From the IMG/VR virus record IMGVR_UViG_3300028887_000105: 64,000 nt of DNA; one strand, written 5' to 3'. Position 1 is the stretch's first letter. The number at the start of each line of letters is the position of its first letter. Shown here in pieces: positions 25,769 through 35,281 of this stretch. The stretch comes from a virus. Its lineage: Duplodnaviria > Heunggongvirae > Uroviricota > Caudoviricetes. The translations under genes and the position numbers were made by a program. The notes under the pieces were generated by a model, which was not told the origin of the DNA, ran no database searches, and saw only the letters and a list, made by a program, of their open reading frames with translations.

Positions 25769-27982
25769 ATGGATTACGAGAAAGCATATAAAGAATTAGA
25801 AACAAAAGCGAAGTCATTTATTGCTAGATGGGAAGGCATCGAAGCAATTAATTCTGAACTTGCATTGAAAGAACTAAAGGATATGTTCAATGAATTCACA
25901 GAGAGTGAGGATGAGAAAATAAGGAAAGAACTGATTTACTTTTTTCAAAATAGAAGAAAGCAACAAGAAGAAGATAAGTACTATCAAGGCGTAGAGATTC
26001 TTGACAGATGGATTTCTTGGCTTGAAAAGCAAGGTGAACAGAAACCTATCTCTAAATTTAAGGTCGGAGACCGCATATACGACAAAAGAGATAGTTACAA
26101 CAGAAATGTTATTAGAGAGGTAGGTAAGGATTACTACATAAATGCTTTTGGCCAGAAGATGGATATGGCTTATACCAATGCCAACTTTGAATTTCTAGAG
26201 CATTTAGAGGACGACCATATCGATAGTAAGCCTGCCGAGTGGAGTAAAGAGGATGAAGAAATATGTCAAGGAATAATAAACACACTTGAAGGCTTGTACG
26301 AATCTGCATCAAGCGACACGGTTAAGGCTTTATATGCTGCGAAAGCAGATTGGCTCAAACACCTCAAACCGAAACCGAGACCAGAGTGGAGTGAAGAGGA
26401 TGAAAGTGTAGATACTAGATTTGCGTTTTACACATACAAAGACGAACCTAATGTATTGTATTTGTCAAATGTTTTTGTTGAAGAATCTAGTCGAAACGAA
26501 GGTAAAGGTACCGAAATACTCAAAGTTGCCGAGCAAGTCGCTAAATCACTCAATAAGACTACAATTCGTCTGAAAGTTAAAAAGGAATCTGAAGCAAACG
26601 AGTGGTATTATAAGCATGGGTATTCACTTATACAATGTGAAGATGAATATAATTGGCTTGAAAAGAAAATAGAGCAGAAGCCTATTATGATTCAATGGAC
26701 TGGAGATAATCTCAAAGACGTAACTGAGTTTACTGGTTATTCTCCTAAATTCAGCGAGTGGTTTAAGAATTGGGAAGAATATGAAACTTATGTTCATTCT
26801 CACAACAATATCTTTAAGATGTTTAATGAAGATGGTTCTCACTACGAAGTTCCTGTCGGTGCATGGATTGTAAAAACTCCAGACGGACATAATGTTGCTT
26901 CAAAAGCAACTTATATTCAGAAGCCTGCTTCCAAGGTTGAACCAATGTTTAAGGTTGGTGATTGGATTATATCTGACAAGGCACATGAGGATTATCGTAT
27001 CTGTAAAATTATTGAGGTTGGTAACGGAAATTATAAAATAGAGTCGATACACGGATATTGTGGTTATAACGAATATAAGTATTTTGACAATATATATAGA
27101 CTTTGGACCATTGAGGATGCAAAACCAGGTGATGTACTTGTAGATAATCATCCGTTTATTTTTGAAAAAGTTGATACTTCTGGCCACTGTTATGCTTATT
27201 GCGGTTTAAATCCGTTTGATGAGTTTATGATAGAGTCTGAGGGAGAATCGGGAGAATGGACGTGGCATCCTAATGTACATCCTGCAACAAATGAACAGAT
27301 TAACTTGTTATTTCAGAAAATGGAAGAAGCAGGTTATGAGTGGGATTCCGAAAAGTTAAAGTTGGTCAAAATTGATCAAGAAGAAGAGGACACCCCAAAG
27401 TTTAAGGTAAAAAAAGGTGAATGGTACGTTTGTACTAATACTTTTGTATTAAAAGGTAAAATTATTGCAATTAAGGGACAAACATATCAATCAAAACAAC
27501 AAGATAATACTATAACTTGTGAAGATAATTGTCTTTTTATTGATAGACATGATGGTAAGGCATCAGACTATTTTCGTCTTTGGACTATCCAAGACGCAAA
27601 GCCTGGTGATATCCTTACTGACAAAGATGGTTGTACCTTCATCTTTAGAGAATTAGACGCTGATTTTGACGAAACTATGGCTATGGCTTATTGCGGCATT
27701 AACAGTGATGGTTATTTTATTCTTTGCGAAAAAGGTAGAGTTTGGACAGATCCAGAAGAGGTATATCCAGCAGATTCAGACGATCGTAATCATTTGTTTG
27801 ACAAAATGAGGGACGCTGGTTATGAATGGGATTCCACAAAACTTGAGTTAAAAGTGGTCAAACAGGAACCACCAGTTGTAAAAAATGAAAATAAAGAACG
27901 TTTTGAACGTATTGTTGGATTTCTAAGATATAAAGGGTTTGAAGATGATGCTGACTGGCTCGAATCATCGAAATTTCATTAA
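25769..27982 (+). CDS. mosaic protein: N-terminal helical domain (shared with 5183), GNAT acetyltransferase domain, KVG beta-domains and two ~95-aa tandem repeats
   Basis: GNAT motif A LSNVFVEESSRNEGKGTEIL (RxxGxG); repeats FRLWTIEDAKPGDVL...AGYEWDSEKLKL / FRLWTIQDAKPGDIL...AGYEWDSTKLEL; three FKVGD motifs. Confidence 0.7.
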   Translation: MDYEKAYKELETKAKSFIARWEGIEAINSELALKELKDMFNEFTESEDEKIRKELIYFFQNRRKQQEEDKYYQGVEILDRWISWLEKQGEQKPISKFKVGDRIYDKRDSYNRNVIREVGKDYYINAFGQKMDMAYTNANFEFLEHLEDDHIDSKPAEWSKEDEEICQGIINTLEGLYESASSDTVKALYAAKADWLKHLKPKPRPEWSEEDESVDTRFAFYTYKDEPNVLYLSNVFVEESSRNEGKGTEILKVAEQVAKSLNKTTIRLKVKKESEANEWYYKHGYSLIQCEDEYNWLEKKIEQKPIMIQWTGDNLKDVTEFTGYSPKFSEWFKNWEEYETYVHSHNNIFKMFNEDGSHYEVPVGAWIVKTPDGHNVASKATYIQKPASKVEPMFKVGDWIISDKAHEDYRICKIIEVGNGNYKIESIHGYCGYNEYKYFDNIYRLWTIEDAKPGDVLVDNHPFIFEKVDTSGHCYAYCGLNPFDEFMIESEGESGEWTWHPNVHPATNEQINLLFQKMEEAGYEWDSEKLKLVKIDQEEEDTPKFKVKKGEWYVCTNTFVLKGKIIAIKGQTYQSKQQDNTITCEDNCLFIDRHDGKASDYFRLWTIQDAKPGDILTDKDGCTFIFRELDADFDETMAMAYCGINSDGYFILCEKGRVWTDPEEVYPADSDDRNHLFDKMRDAGYEWDSTKLELKVVKQEPPVVKNENKERFERIVGFLRYKGFEDDADWLESSKFH

Positions 27983-27998
27983 AAAAATTTTTAAGCAA

Positions 27999-28241
27999 AT
28001 GAAAGTAGGACGAGATTATTCTTGGTGGGTTCAATACTCCTGGAAGTATAAATGGTATGACAAAGATGAAGAAGTTTGGGAAATCGACGACTTCGGCTCT
28101 GGAAGATTTACGTGTACCAAAAAGGAAATAAAAAAGGCTGTTACCGAACATATTGAAAAATATGAACTAGCGGATACACAATATTGTGATTTGGAAGTTA
28201 GTATTGATGACGCTTATATGACAACTACGGAAGAAGTATGA
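27999..28241 (+). CDS. hypothetical protein
   Basis: track ORF 27939 overlaps; non-overlapping ATG 27999 (MKVGRD...). Confidence 0.45.
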   Translation: MKVGRDYSWWVQYSWKYKWYDKDEEVWEIDDFGSGRFTCTKKEIKKAVTEHIEKYELADTQYCDLEVSIDDAYMTTTEEV

Positions 28242-28346
28242 CCACAGAAGAAGAATTATTGGAATGGACCTTGGATGAATTAAAACAACATCCAAGGCAC
28301 TACAATTCAGCGATTGATTTTGTAAATGAGTTAAAAGATTTAATGT

Positions 28347-28586
28347 ATGGACCAGGATGTAATTATAAACCCAAGAGAAGGGCTAGAAAGAGTAAAAAGC
28401 GGTAGTTCGTTAGATACCGAAACTAAACTACGCTTGGCTGAAGAAATGATTCAACAGGCAAAGAAACTACTTTGGGATGAATGGAACGACTATGCCGATG
28501 TCCAAATGTGGATGCACGACATGGAAATGGCAAGAATGAAAACCTCAATCTTGTTGAGTAGTTATCTACACGGACAATGGAAATAA
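28347..28586 (+). CDS. hypothetical protein
   Basis: 79-aa ORF; a 55-aa MTTEEE ORF (approx 28238-28405) overlaps its 5' end in another frame. Confidence 0.4.
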   Translation: MDQDVIINPREGLERVKSGSSLDTETKLRLAEEMIQQAKKLLWDEWNDYADVQMWMHDMEMARMKTSILLSSYLHGQWK

Positions 28587-28600
28587 TTGATCAATAAACA

Positions 28601-28858
28601 ATGAATGATATGAAAACAAAAAAAATTTGGATTACCAGAGACAAGGAAGGTGATTTATTTGTGTTCGATGCCAAACCCATTCGAAACAAGGAATACGGTA
28701 TATTCGTATGTGATAAACATGAAGATAATTGCCGTGAAATAGAAGAAGAACCATCAGAACGTTTTGACCCCTTCTATGGATTATTCCCAGATTTAACCTG
28801 GGAGAATAGCCCAATTGAATTTGTATTAAAAGAAAACGAAGATGAAGGAGTTTTATAA
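28601..28858 (+). CDS. hypothetical protein
   Basis: 85-aa ORF. Confidence 0.45.
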   Translation: MNDMKTKKIWITRDKEGDLFVFDAKPIRNKEYGIFVCDKHEDNCREIEEEPSERFDPFYGLFPDLTWENSPIEFVLKENEDEGVL

Positions 28859-29135
28859 AGCACTACTTTCCGTCGCCAATAAAACGGAAGACGGTATGTT
28901 CCACGTCAATCTGGATGATGTCACACAGAAGTTTAAAGAGGCTGGATGGCACATTTATGATTTTGGTGGTGAACAGATATGGTCTAAGAGAGAACTCACA
29001 CCAGAAGAATATGCTGCATATAAACAAAAATATGACGATGGAATTAATGCAATGGTTGAGGGTCTAACCAAAGACATTGACAAGAAAATACTCGAAAAAA
29101 TATTAAAAGAACATAAGTATGATACTGTTAAGTAA
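28842..29135 (+). CDS. hypothetical protein
   Basis: 97-aa ORF. Confidence 0.5.
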   Translation: MKEFYKALLSVANKTEDGMFHVNLDDVTQKFKEAGWHIYDFGGEQIWSKRELTPEEYAAYKQKYDDGINAMVEGLTKDIDKKILEKILKEHKYDTVK

Positions 29136-29388
29136 AAAAGACATTCAAGCAAGGGCGGATAAATTATATCCAATTGTGCCTCTTAAAACCAGGACAGACG
29201 AGGATCCGAGTGTAGTTGTTAATGACAGCGAGTTACTTGAGAATTTCCGTCTCACTATTCAATCGACCTGTTCCAATATGGCGTATGTACGTGGTTATAA
29301 CGACGCTGCTAATGATTGGTTCACTACAGTTATTTCTGTTTTAATCGGTTTACTTATTGGCTTTTTCGCGTGTGTAATATTTTTTTAA
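29119..29388 (+). CDS. hypothetical protein with C-terminal TM anchor
   Basis: 89 aa; C-terminal hydrophobic helix. Confidence 0.45.
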   Translation: MILLSKKDIQARADKLYPIVPLKTRTDEDPSVVVNDSELLENFRLTIQSTCSNMAYVRGYNDAANDWFTTVISVLIGLLIGFFACVIFF

Positions 29389-29400
29389 TATATTTGTAAT
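29381..29400 (+). promoter_or_regulatory. TATATTTG (-7-like) box immediately before ATG
   Basis: TTTTTTAATATATTTGTAATATG, same as at 11696. Confidence 0.35.
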
Positions 29401-29868
29401 ATGTTAATAACTGAATTAAACATAGGAGATTACGTATATTCCAAAAAGAATATAACAAACGAACCATATATTGTCGATGGGATACTTAAACATTCAATCA
29501 TAACAACAGAAGGCAAATCAATTGAAGTTGACGATCTTGAACCAGTTAAAATGAATCAAAGTGTATTATTATCTAACGGTTTTACACAAGATGGTACATT
29601 AAAAAACTGGTATTCAAGGATGTACGGCAAAAAACATGTAACTGTTTGTCTGCACGTTGTGGAAGATAATGTTTACGGTTACGACTTTTGGATTAATCAA
29701 CCTTGGGGTGTTTCTATCCAAACTAAGATATCTAATGTTTGGAATAAAATGGACGGATTTACATATAAACTTGGCGCTCGTCCAACTTGTGCTGATGCAA
29801 TTGGCGTTCACATACTTCAGCACGCATATACATTCGCTGAAATTGAAGAAAAATTAATAATTAAATAA
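29401..29868 (+). CDS. hypothetical protein
   Basis: 155-aa ORF. Confidence 0.55.
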   Translation: MLITELNIGDYVYSKKNITNEPYIVDGILKHSIITTEGKSIEVDDLEPVKMNQSVLLSNGFTQDGTLKNWYSRMYGKKHVTVCLHVVEDNVYGYDFWINQPWGVSIQTKISNVWNKMDGFTYKLGARPTCADAIGVHILQHAYTFAEIEEKLIIK

Positions 29869-29869
29869 T

Positions 29870-30115
29870 ATGGATACAACAGGAATTATAGTATTAATAG
29901 TTTATGTTATCGGGTATTTTCTTAGTTTCTTTCTGACAATCAAATACTGCAGAAATAATAAGGAGTATCTGACACTCTCAGAATTTGCTTGGATGTCGTT
30001 TATGTCACTTGCGTCATGGATTAGTGCAATTACACTTTATATCTTTACGCACGAGGACAAACCCGTGATGAGATTCAAGGATAAATCAATCTTTACTGAG
30101 AAAGACGATTTTTAA
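29870..30115 (+). CDS. small membrane protein, paralog of 54369
   Basis: TGIIVLIVYVIGYFLSF...YLTLSEFAWMSFMSLASWI vs ITGIIILFVYLFGFAISF...YITLSELVWMSFLSLFSWI. Confidence 0.55.
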   Translation: MDTTGIIVLIVYVIGYFLSFFLTIKYCRNNKEYLTLSEFAWMSFMSLASWISAITLYIFTHEDKPVMRFKDKSIFTEKDDF

Positions 30116-30215
30116 TTATGGAAAATAAAAATATATTAGATGGAGTAACCTGGAAATACGAAACTGGAGAGTTGGCGTTTTACAGTTGGTTACACAGTTA
30201 TGACGACGATTAATT

Positions 30216-31055
30216 ATGATACATTTTAGACTTAGATGTAAACATTGTCAAAAGGAATATACGTATTGTACCTACGGTAACGGTCAAGAATATGGTACCG
30301 AAGAAGGGTGCAGTATGGAGTATTGTGCCGAATGTCAAAAAGCAATCGACAAGGCCCTGGGTAAAATACCAGTAAAGTTTGAGTCAAGACAAATGGAGAT
30401 AAAAGAAGATAGATTATTTCCATTGTTTGAAAAGATCAAAACTGAGGTAGAAGAAGAACGAAAGAAATCTATTTACTTCAATGCTTGTATATGTGTTGGT
30501 CATCCAGAAGCATCTAATTACGACATTATAGAGGAATATCACCACGATGGTATTCATTACTTTGTGAAATGGTTAGATGAAAGTCCAGAGGATAAACATA
30601 TCTTTGTTGATATGGAATATGATATCAAGAAGAAGAAATTCACTGGACAACCTTGGAAATACGATGATAAGGGTAAAGATTATTATTCTTCACATCGGAA
30701 TATGGCAAAGGATTTCGTAAAACGAATGCAGGCACTAGATGTTGTGGATCCAATGCCAATGCCAATGTCTGAACCACAAGGATTATTGTTTTATTCAGAA
30801 CCAGTAATCGATTGGGAACTTACTGGTCCAAAGACGCAACCACGTCAGAGATCACATGAACTAAGACAATTTGATCTTCCTTATACTGGAGGACAGATTC
30901 CGTCTGTAATAGAACACGGTTGGTATCAGACCACAGTAAAGGTTGCTCAAGGTGTAGATGTAGAGCATTTGATCAATTTCTTAAATTATAATTGTATATT
31001 TGTTCAGTACGACGACGAAGACGTTGCTACATTGATCAAAATAGAATGTGTTTAA
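30216..31055 (+). CDS. hypothetical protein with N-terminal Cys4-type zinc finger
   Basis: 279 aa; CKHCQ...CAECQ. Confidence 0.6.
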   Translation: MIHFRLRCKHCQKEYTYCTYGNGQEYGTEEGCSMEYCAECQKAIDKALGKIPVKFESRQMEIKEDRLFPLFEKIKTEVEEERKKSIYFNACICVGHPEASNYDIIEEYHHDGIHYFVKWLDESPEDKHIFVDMEYDIKKKKFTGQPWKYDDKGKDYYSSHRNMAKDFVKRMQALDVVDPMPMPMSEPQGLLFYSEPVIDWELTGPKTQPRQRSHELRQFDLPYTGGQIPSVIEHGWYQTTVKVAQGVDVEHLINFLNYNCIFVQYDDEDVATLIKIECV

Positions 31056-31073
31056 TTTAAAGATTTAATCATT

Positions 31074-31334
31074 ATGGAAGGTGATATGAAACTTTTAAAA
31101 TTTTTGTGTATATTTAACACTGTCGCAACTGTACTGCTTTGGGTTTTCGTCTTGGTGACCAGCGACCTTAAAGGTATCGCTATGGATAGAACCGAGGAAC
31201 TTGCAAGAAAACAGAAACAACTTGAAGAAAAGGTTGAATTTATCCAGGAATCCGCCAAAGTAGATACTCTTGTAGTTAGAATGACTATTGATGAAATTAA
31301 ACAAGTAAAAAACAATATTAAAAAAACAAAGTAA
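31074..31334 (+). CDS. small membrane protein with coiled-coil tail
   Basis: 86 aa. Confidence 0.5.
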   Translation: MEGDMKLLKFLCIFNTVATVLLWVFVLVTSDLKGIAMDRTEELARKQKQLEEKVEFIQESAKVDTLVVRMTIDEIKQVKNNIKKTK

Positions 31335-31340
31335 GAAATT

Positions 31341-31508
31341 ATGAGATTCTTTTTATTGATTCTTTTTGCAGTACTGTTCCTGGTACTGTTGTATTATGTA
31401 ACGGTGATTATCCACCTGTTTACTGGGATGTTCGGTAAAGACATCAAATTTAGCAGAACCCTTATTCCGTTCTACGGATGGACGAAATGGTTCCAAGATC
31501 TAGACTAA
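31341..31508 (+). CDS. small membrane protein
   Basis: 55 aa, hydrophobic N-terminus. Confidence 0.3.
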   Translation: MRFFLLILFAVLFLVLLYYVTVIIHLFTGMFGKDIKFSRTLIPFYGWTKWFQDLD

Positions 31509-31550
31509 TCAAAAAAAATGTTAAACAATATTAATTAAAAAAAGTACAAA

Positions 31551-32714
31551 ATGGAAAGTAAAAAAATTGTTATTACCAGCGTCATCGCTGTGTTTGTAAT
31601 CATTGTTCTCTGCTGCATTGGCAGTCTTGTTGAGGACGTAAAGAATGAAACTATCGTCGTTAACCAGGTACCTATTACAGGTACGATGGAAGTATGGAGC
31701 CAGCCTGGTATGTATGTCCAGAAGTTCGGCCACACCACGACCTATCACAAGACCGAGCAACTTTGGTTCGGTGCCCAGGAAAATGGTGAACCTATCAAGG
31801 TAATTTTTAACGACGCTTCTAATGGTTTGATTTATGGCTCACTTCGAGTAAAGTTGCCGACAGACCGAGAGCATATGCTTCGTATTCAAACCGATTACAA
31901 CGGTACGGACCGACTTATGAATGACCTTATCCGTCCTACTGTTACCAAGGTTGTATACGCTTCAGGCCCGCTTATGAGTGCATTCGAATCTTATGCAGAG
32001 AAGAAAAACAACTTGATCGAATACATTACGGACCAGTTGAACAACGGTGTTTACACTACCACAGTTCGCACAGTTGATGTTGTTGACCCGATTACAGGCG
32101 AGACCAAGACACAGAAAGTAGCCGCACTTATCCCCGACAGTTTGTCAGCAGGTGGATTCCGCCGTTCCGAGAGTTCTCCGTTTGAGTTCTACGGAATTGA
32201 GATTGGCCAGGTATCCGTTTCTGAGATTGACTATGAGGACAAAGTTAAACAGCAAATCGCACAGCAACAGGAGGCAAACATGTTGATCCAGACCTCTAAG
32301 TCCAAGGCTGCTGCAGCACAACAGGAAGCCATTCGTGCAGAGCAAGAAGGTAAGGCATCTGCAGCAAAGGCTAAGTGGGAGCAGGAGAAGATTAAGGCTA
32401 TCGAGGTTACAAAGGCTGAGCAGGAGCGTGAGGTTTCTCGACTTGCAGCAGAAAAGGCTGAGTTCGATAAGAAACGTATCATTGCCGAAGGTGAGGCAGA
32501 GGCTGCTGCTAACCGTGCAAAGGTTGCCGCAGGTTTGACCCCGCAGGAACGTGCCGAATGGGATTACAAGACCAGAGTTGGTGTTGCAGAGGCCGTTGCT
32601 AAGGTTACACTTCCGAAGGTTGTTATGGGCGGAAATGGACAGGGTGGAAACGCAACTATGGACATCATGAGTCTCAAGTTTGCTACCGACCTTGTTGAGA
32701 AACTTAGCAAGTAA
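31551..32714 (+). CDS. SPFH/band-7 (HflK/C-, prohibitin-like) membrane protein
   Basis: N-terminal TM helix, SPFH core, long Ala/Glu/Lys coiled coil (AEQEREVSRLAAEKAEFDKKRIIAEGEAEAAANRAK); GC clearly higher than genome background. Confidence 0.8.
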   Translation: MESKKIVITSVIAVFVIIVLCCIGSLVEDVKNETIVVNQVPITGTMEVWSQPGMYVQKFGHTTTYHKTEQLWFGAQENGEPIKVIFNDASNGLIYGSLRVKLPTDREHMLRIQTDYNGTDRLMNDLIRPTVTKVVYASGPLMSAFESYAEKKNNLIEYITDQLNNGVYTTTVRTVDVVDPITGETKTQKVAALIPDSLSAGGFRRSESSPFEFYGIEIGQVSVSEIDYEDKVKQQIAQQQEANMLIQTSKSKAAAAQQEAIRAEQEGKASAAKAKWEQEKIKAIEVTKAEQEREVSRLAAEKAEFDKKRIIAEGEAEAAANRAKVAAGLTPQERAEWDYKTRVGVAEAVAKVTLPKVVMGGNGQGGNATMDIMSLKFATDLVEKLSK

Positions 32715-32736
32715 ATAACAATGAAACAACAAAAAT

Positions 32737-32768
32737 GCGTGCTAAGGGCCACTTTGGCACGCTTTTTG
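32737..32768 (+). terminator. rho-independent terminator overlapping a TGGCACG-N4-TTGTT element
   Basis: GCGTGC-loop-GCACGC + TTTTTG; 3' arm forms CTTTGGCACGCTTTTTGTT. Confidence 0.55.
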
Positions 32769-32798
32769 TTTGACTTTTAATAAAAAATTTGTATAATT
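32751..32798 (+). promoter_or_regulatory. upstream element variant (TTTGGCACGC-TTTT-TGTT) + TTTGTATAATT box before ATG 32799
   Basis: seen in sequence; same core as copies at 710/2969/18975. Confidence 0.4.
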
Positions 32799-33248
32799 AT
32801 GATACATGAAAAAATCAATGGGCTGATCATGGAATCAATGAAAGCCCGCAACGATATACGTACGGAATCACTCCGTGCAATCAAGACCGCTTTCCTTAAC
32901 TGGAAAACGGAAAAAGAAAACGTTGGCAAGGAACCTGACGAGGCTTCAGAGTTGCAGATGCTTAGGAAACTCGTTAAACAGCGCCAGGAGTCAATTGAAA
33001 TGTACAATGCTGCTGGCAGAACCGATTTGGCTGAAGCAGAGGCCGCACAGATTAACGTTATCAAAGAATTTCTTCCTGCTGAAGCAACAGAGGAAGACGT
33101 TCTTAAGGCTTTCAACGAGGTTCTTACTGATCTGGACATTGAGCCAGTAAAGAAGAATATGGGTGCCTTTGTAAAGAACATCAAGACTATCTTGCCTAAC
33201 GCAGACGGTAAGTTGGTAGCAAGTGTTGTACAAAAACAATTGCATTAA
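32799..33248 (+). CDS. GatB/YqeY-domain protein
   Basis: 149 aa; collinear with bacterial YqeY (KARND.R.ESLRAIK...QRQESIEMY..AGR.DLAEAE...EFLP...EE...........MGAFVK.....DGKLV..VV). Confidence 0.8.
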   Translation: MIHEKINGLIMESMKARNDIRTESLRAIKTAFLNWKTEKENVGKEPDEASELQMLRKLVKQRQESIEMYNAAGRTDLAEAEAAQINVIKEFLPAEATEEDVLKAFNEVLTDLDIEPVKKNMGAFVKNIKTILPNADGKLVASVVQKQLH

Positions 33249-33490
33249 TGGATATAATAGAACGCGGAATACGATCTCACTTGACAATGGACGGTAGGCC
33301 GAAGAAGGGTTTATCCGAAAACGATGCAGTGAAACTGTGTTATCGGTTAAACTGTAACCCTTTTTCCATTCATCAAGTAGTGGCATACAAATGTGTGTCC
33401 TGTGGTAAATTCCATATCGGCCACACCCGCGTTGTATTAACCGACGAAAAAAAGGAAACTTATAAGAAAAAATTACTTAAATTGGAATAA
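33248..33490 (+). CDS. small Zn-ribbon-like protein
   Basis: 80 aa; CVSCGKFHIGH. Confidence 0.45.
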   Translation: MDIIERGIRSHLTMDGRPKKGLSENDAVKLCYRLNCNPFSIHQVVAYKCVSCGKFHIGHTRVVLTDEKKETYKKKLLKLE

Positions 33491-33491
33491 A

Positions 33492-33833
33492 ATGTCAAAC
33501 ATATTTTTTAGTACTGATAAAAAAATATCAGATTATCTACATGGAAAATTCTTCAGATGTGTTGGCCGATTTCTTCCCTGGTTGAAAATAGGTGAAACAT
33601 ACTGGTTTGAATATCATGGAAATGGAGAATATGAGGTAAGAAGTGATAATAATCTTGGTAAAAGATTTAATATGAGTCAATTACAACTTATCACTAAATT
33701 TGTTCCAACAGAAGTTGAAGATGATATATCATTTGCTTTAACATATGGATTTTGGTTGTCAGACAGAGGAGTTCATCACACAAATCTTGACAATATGATA
33801 AATTATTATCACAACAAAAAAGAGAAATTATAG
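33492..33833 (+). CDS. hypothetical protein
   Basis: 113-aa ORF. Confidence 0.5.
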   Translation: MSNIFFSTDKKISDYLHGKFFRCVGRFLPWLKIGETYWFEYHGNGEYEVRSDNNLGKRFNMSQLQLITKFVPTEVEDDISFALTYGFWLSDRGVHHTNLDNMINYYHNKKEKL

Positions 33834-33850
33834 GAAAAAATTACTTAAAT

Positions 33851-34408
33851 ATGGATAAATTACGTTGGAATAGATTTAAATGGAAAATGCGTGAACTACG
33901 AGACAAAGTGGTTTACTATGTTACTATGCCGTATGTCAGACTACGTAATTATGTGCTTGTCAAGAAATTTCCTTTTTTGAAACCACAGTGTGGATGGGGT
34001 GTTGATATGGAATACCATAAACCAGGGTATAAATACCGTTATGAGGAAACCTGGCTTGACGGAATGCCTAAAGCCTGGAGACGCAGTTTTGGTATTCAGT
34101 TATGTATAAACCTGAAACATATCATTGAACGCGATGGTTTAACTGATTACAAAGTACGTCAGGTAAAAGAGAAATTTGGCGGTTTACGTTGGTATGACGA
34201 AGGTGGTAACAAATACACCGCTATGCTAATTGAGAGTTACGAACATCTTAGTATGACAATGTGCTTTTACTGTGGTAGAAAAGCAGAATATGTTGGTACC
34301 GAATGGATTGTTTTCTATTGTCCGAAATGTGCAAAAAAAGCGATGAAACGCGGAAGACAATGTGTGCCACTTAAAAATGGAATTGGAGTAATAAGAACAG
34401 AATTATGA
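33851..34408 (+). CDS. hypothetical protein with C-terminal Zn ribbon
   Basis: 185 aa; CFYCGRK...CPKC. Confidence 0.55.
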   Translation: MDKLRWNRFKWKMRELRDKVVYYVTMPYVRLRNYVLVKKFPFLKPQCGWGVDMEYHKPGYKYRYEETWLDGMPKAWRRSFGIQLCINLKHIIERDGLTDYKVRQVKEKFGGLRWYDEGGNKYTAMLIESYEHLSMTMCFYCGRKAEYVGTEWIVFYCPKCAKKAMKRGRQCVPLKNGIGVIRTEL

Positions 34409-34665
34409 AAATATTTGGAATATTAATACTTGTGGTATTGTACCTGCTTATGGGTGTTTTGATTTTGAGCATGTATTCACTGGTTAAAGATTACGACATA
34501 CCATTTAGTAAAGATAACGATGATGAAACAAGTGCAAAACAAATGTTAGTTTGGTCATTCTGGCCATTTTACCTTTTGTATTTGATCATTTACTGTATTG
34601 CATGGTATATCAATAAAATGTGTTTTTCTATAAAATACATATTAAACAAATTCAAAAATAGTTAA
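34405..34665 (+). CDS. small membrane protein
   Basis: 86 aa, two TM helices. Confidence 0.5.
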   Translation: MKIFGILILVVLYLLMGVLILSMYSLVKDYDIPFSKDNDDETSAKQMLVWSFWPFYLLYLIIYCIAWYINKMCFSIKYILNKFKNS

Positions 34666-34668
34666 GAT

Positions 34669-35085
34669 ATGGAAGAAAAAGAATTTATTGTAAATGAAAA
34701 AAGAATCCCTATGATTCTAAAGGACATTAAATATGTTCTGCAAGAGGTTTATGATAATTTTAGGGCTGTTGGAGATACAAATGAATACTTGGAAAAAGAA
34801 AATAAGAGATTGAAATCTGAGCAATACAAAGACGAGGAACTTTCAAGACTGAAAGAAGAAAACGAAAGGCTCAAAGCAGATTATTACAGAGGATTTCCAA
34901 TTTCTGAAGAAGAGAAAAAGAAAATTGACGAGTGGAAAGATTCACTACCAGAAGTTCCTATTTCAAAATTGGGATCAATTGGTGGAAGGTATACTTACGA
35001 ATTTACCCCAACATCAATTGGTATTTCTGGAACAATTCGTGACTCAATATCTGGTAGAAGTTTTGAATTTCAAGAACTTAGTTAA
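34669..35085 (+). CDS. coiled-coil hypothetical protein
   Basis: 138 aa; repeated ENxRLK heptads. Confidence 0.5.
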   Translation: MEEKEFIVNEKRIPMILKDIKYVLQEVYDNFRAVGDTNEYLEKENKRLKSEQYKDEELSRLKEENERLKADYYRGFPISEEEKKKIDEWKDSLPEVPISKLGSIGGRYTYEFTPTSIGISGTIRDSISGRSFEFQELS

Positions 35086-35086
35086 T

Positions 35087-35281
35087 ATGGAAAAGAAACC
35101 GTTGAAAGAATTAACAGATGAAGAATTGGATGTTAGAATCATCTATTCTGGCCTGGATGATATTGTTGAAAACTTGGAACGTATGACAAGTGGAAACTTT
35201 ATGCATAACAAGATGAACTGTATCTATATGGCAAAACAAGTTAGACAAGCAGTTGAACGTTTAGGAATTAAAGAAGTATGA
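35087..35281 (+). CDS. hypothetical protein
   Basis: track ORF 34925 overlaps; non-overlapping ATG 35087. Confidence 0.4.
   Translation: MEKKPLKELTDEELDVRIIYSGLDDIVENLERMTSGNFMHNKMNCIYMAKQVRQAVERLGIKEV

Noticed and set aside
32799-33490. Searched for a phage ribosomal protein S21 next to the YqeY gene (common bacterial linkage, and common in Bacteroidota phages)
   Set aside because: Neighbouring small ORFs (33248-33490, 8586-8763) are not S21-like.
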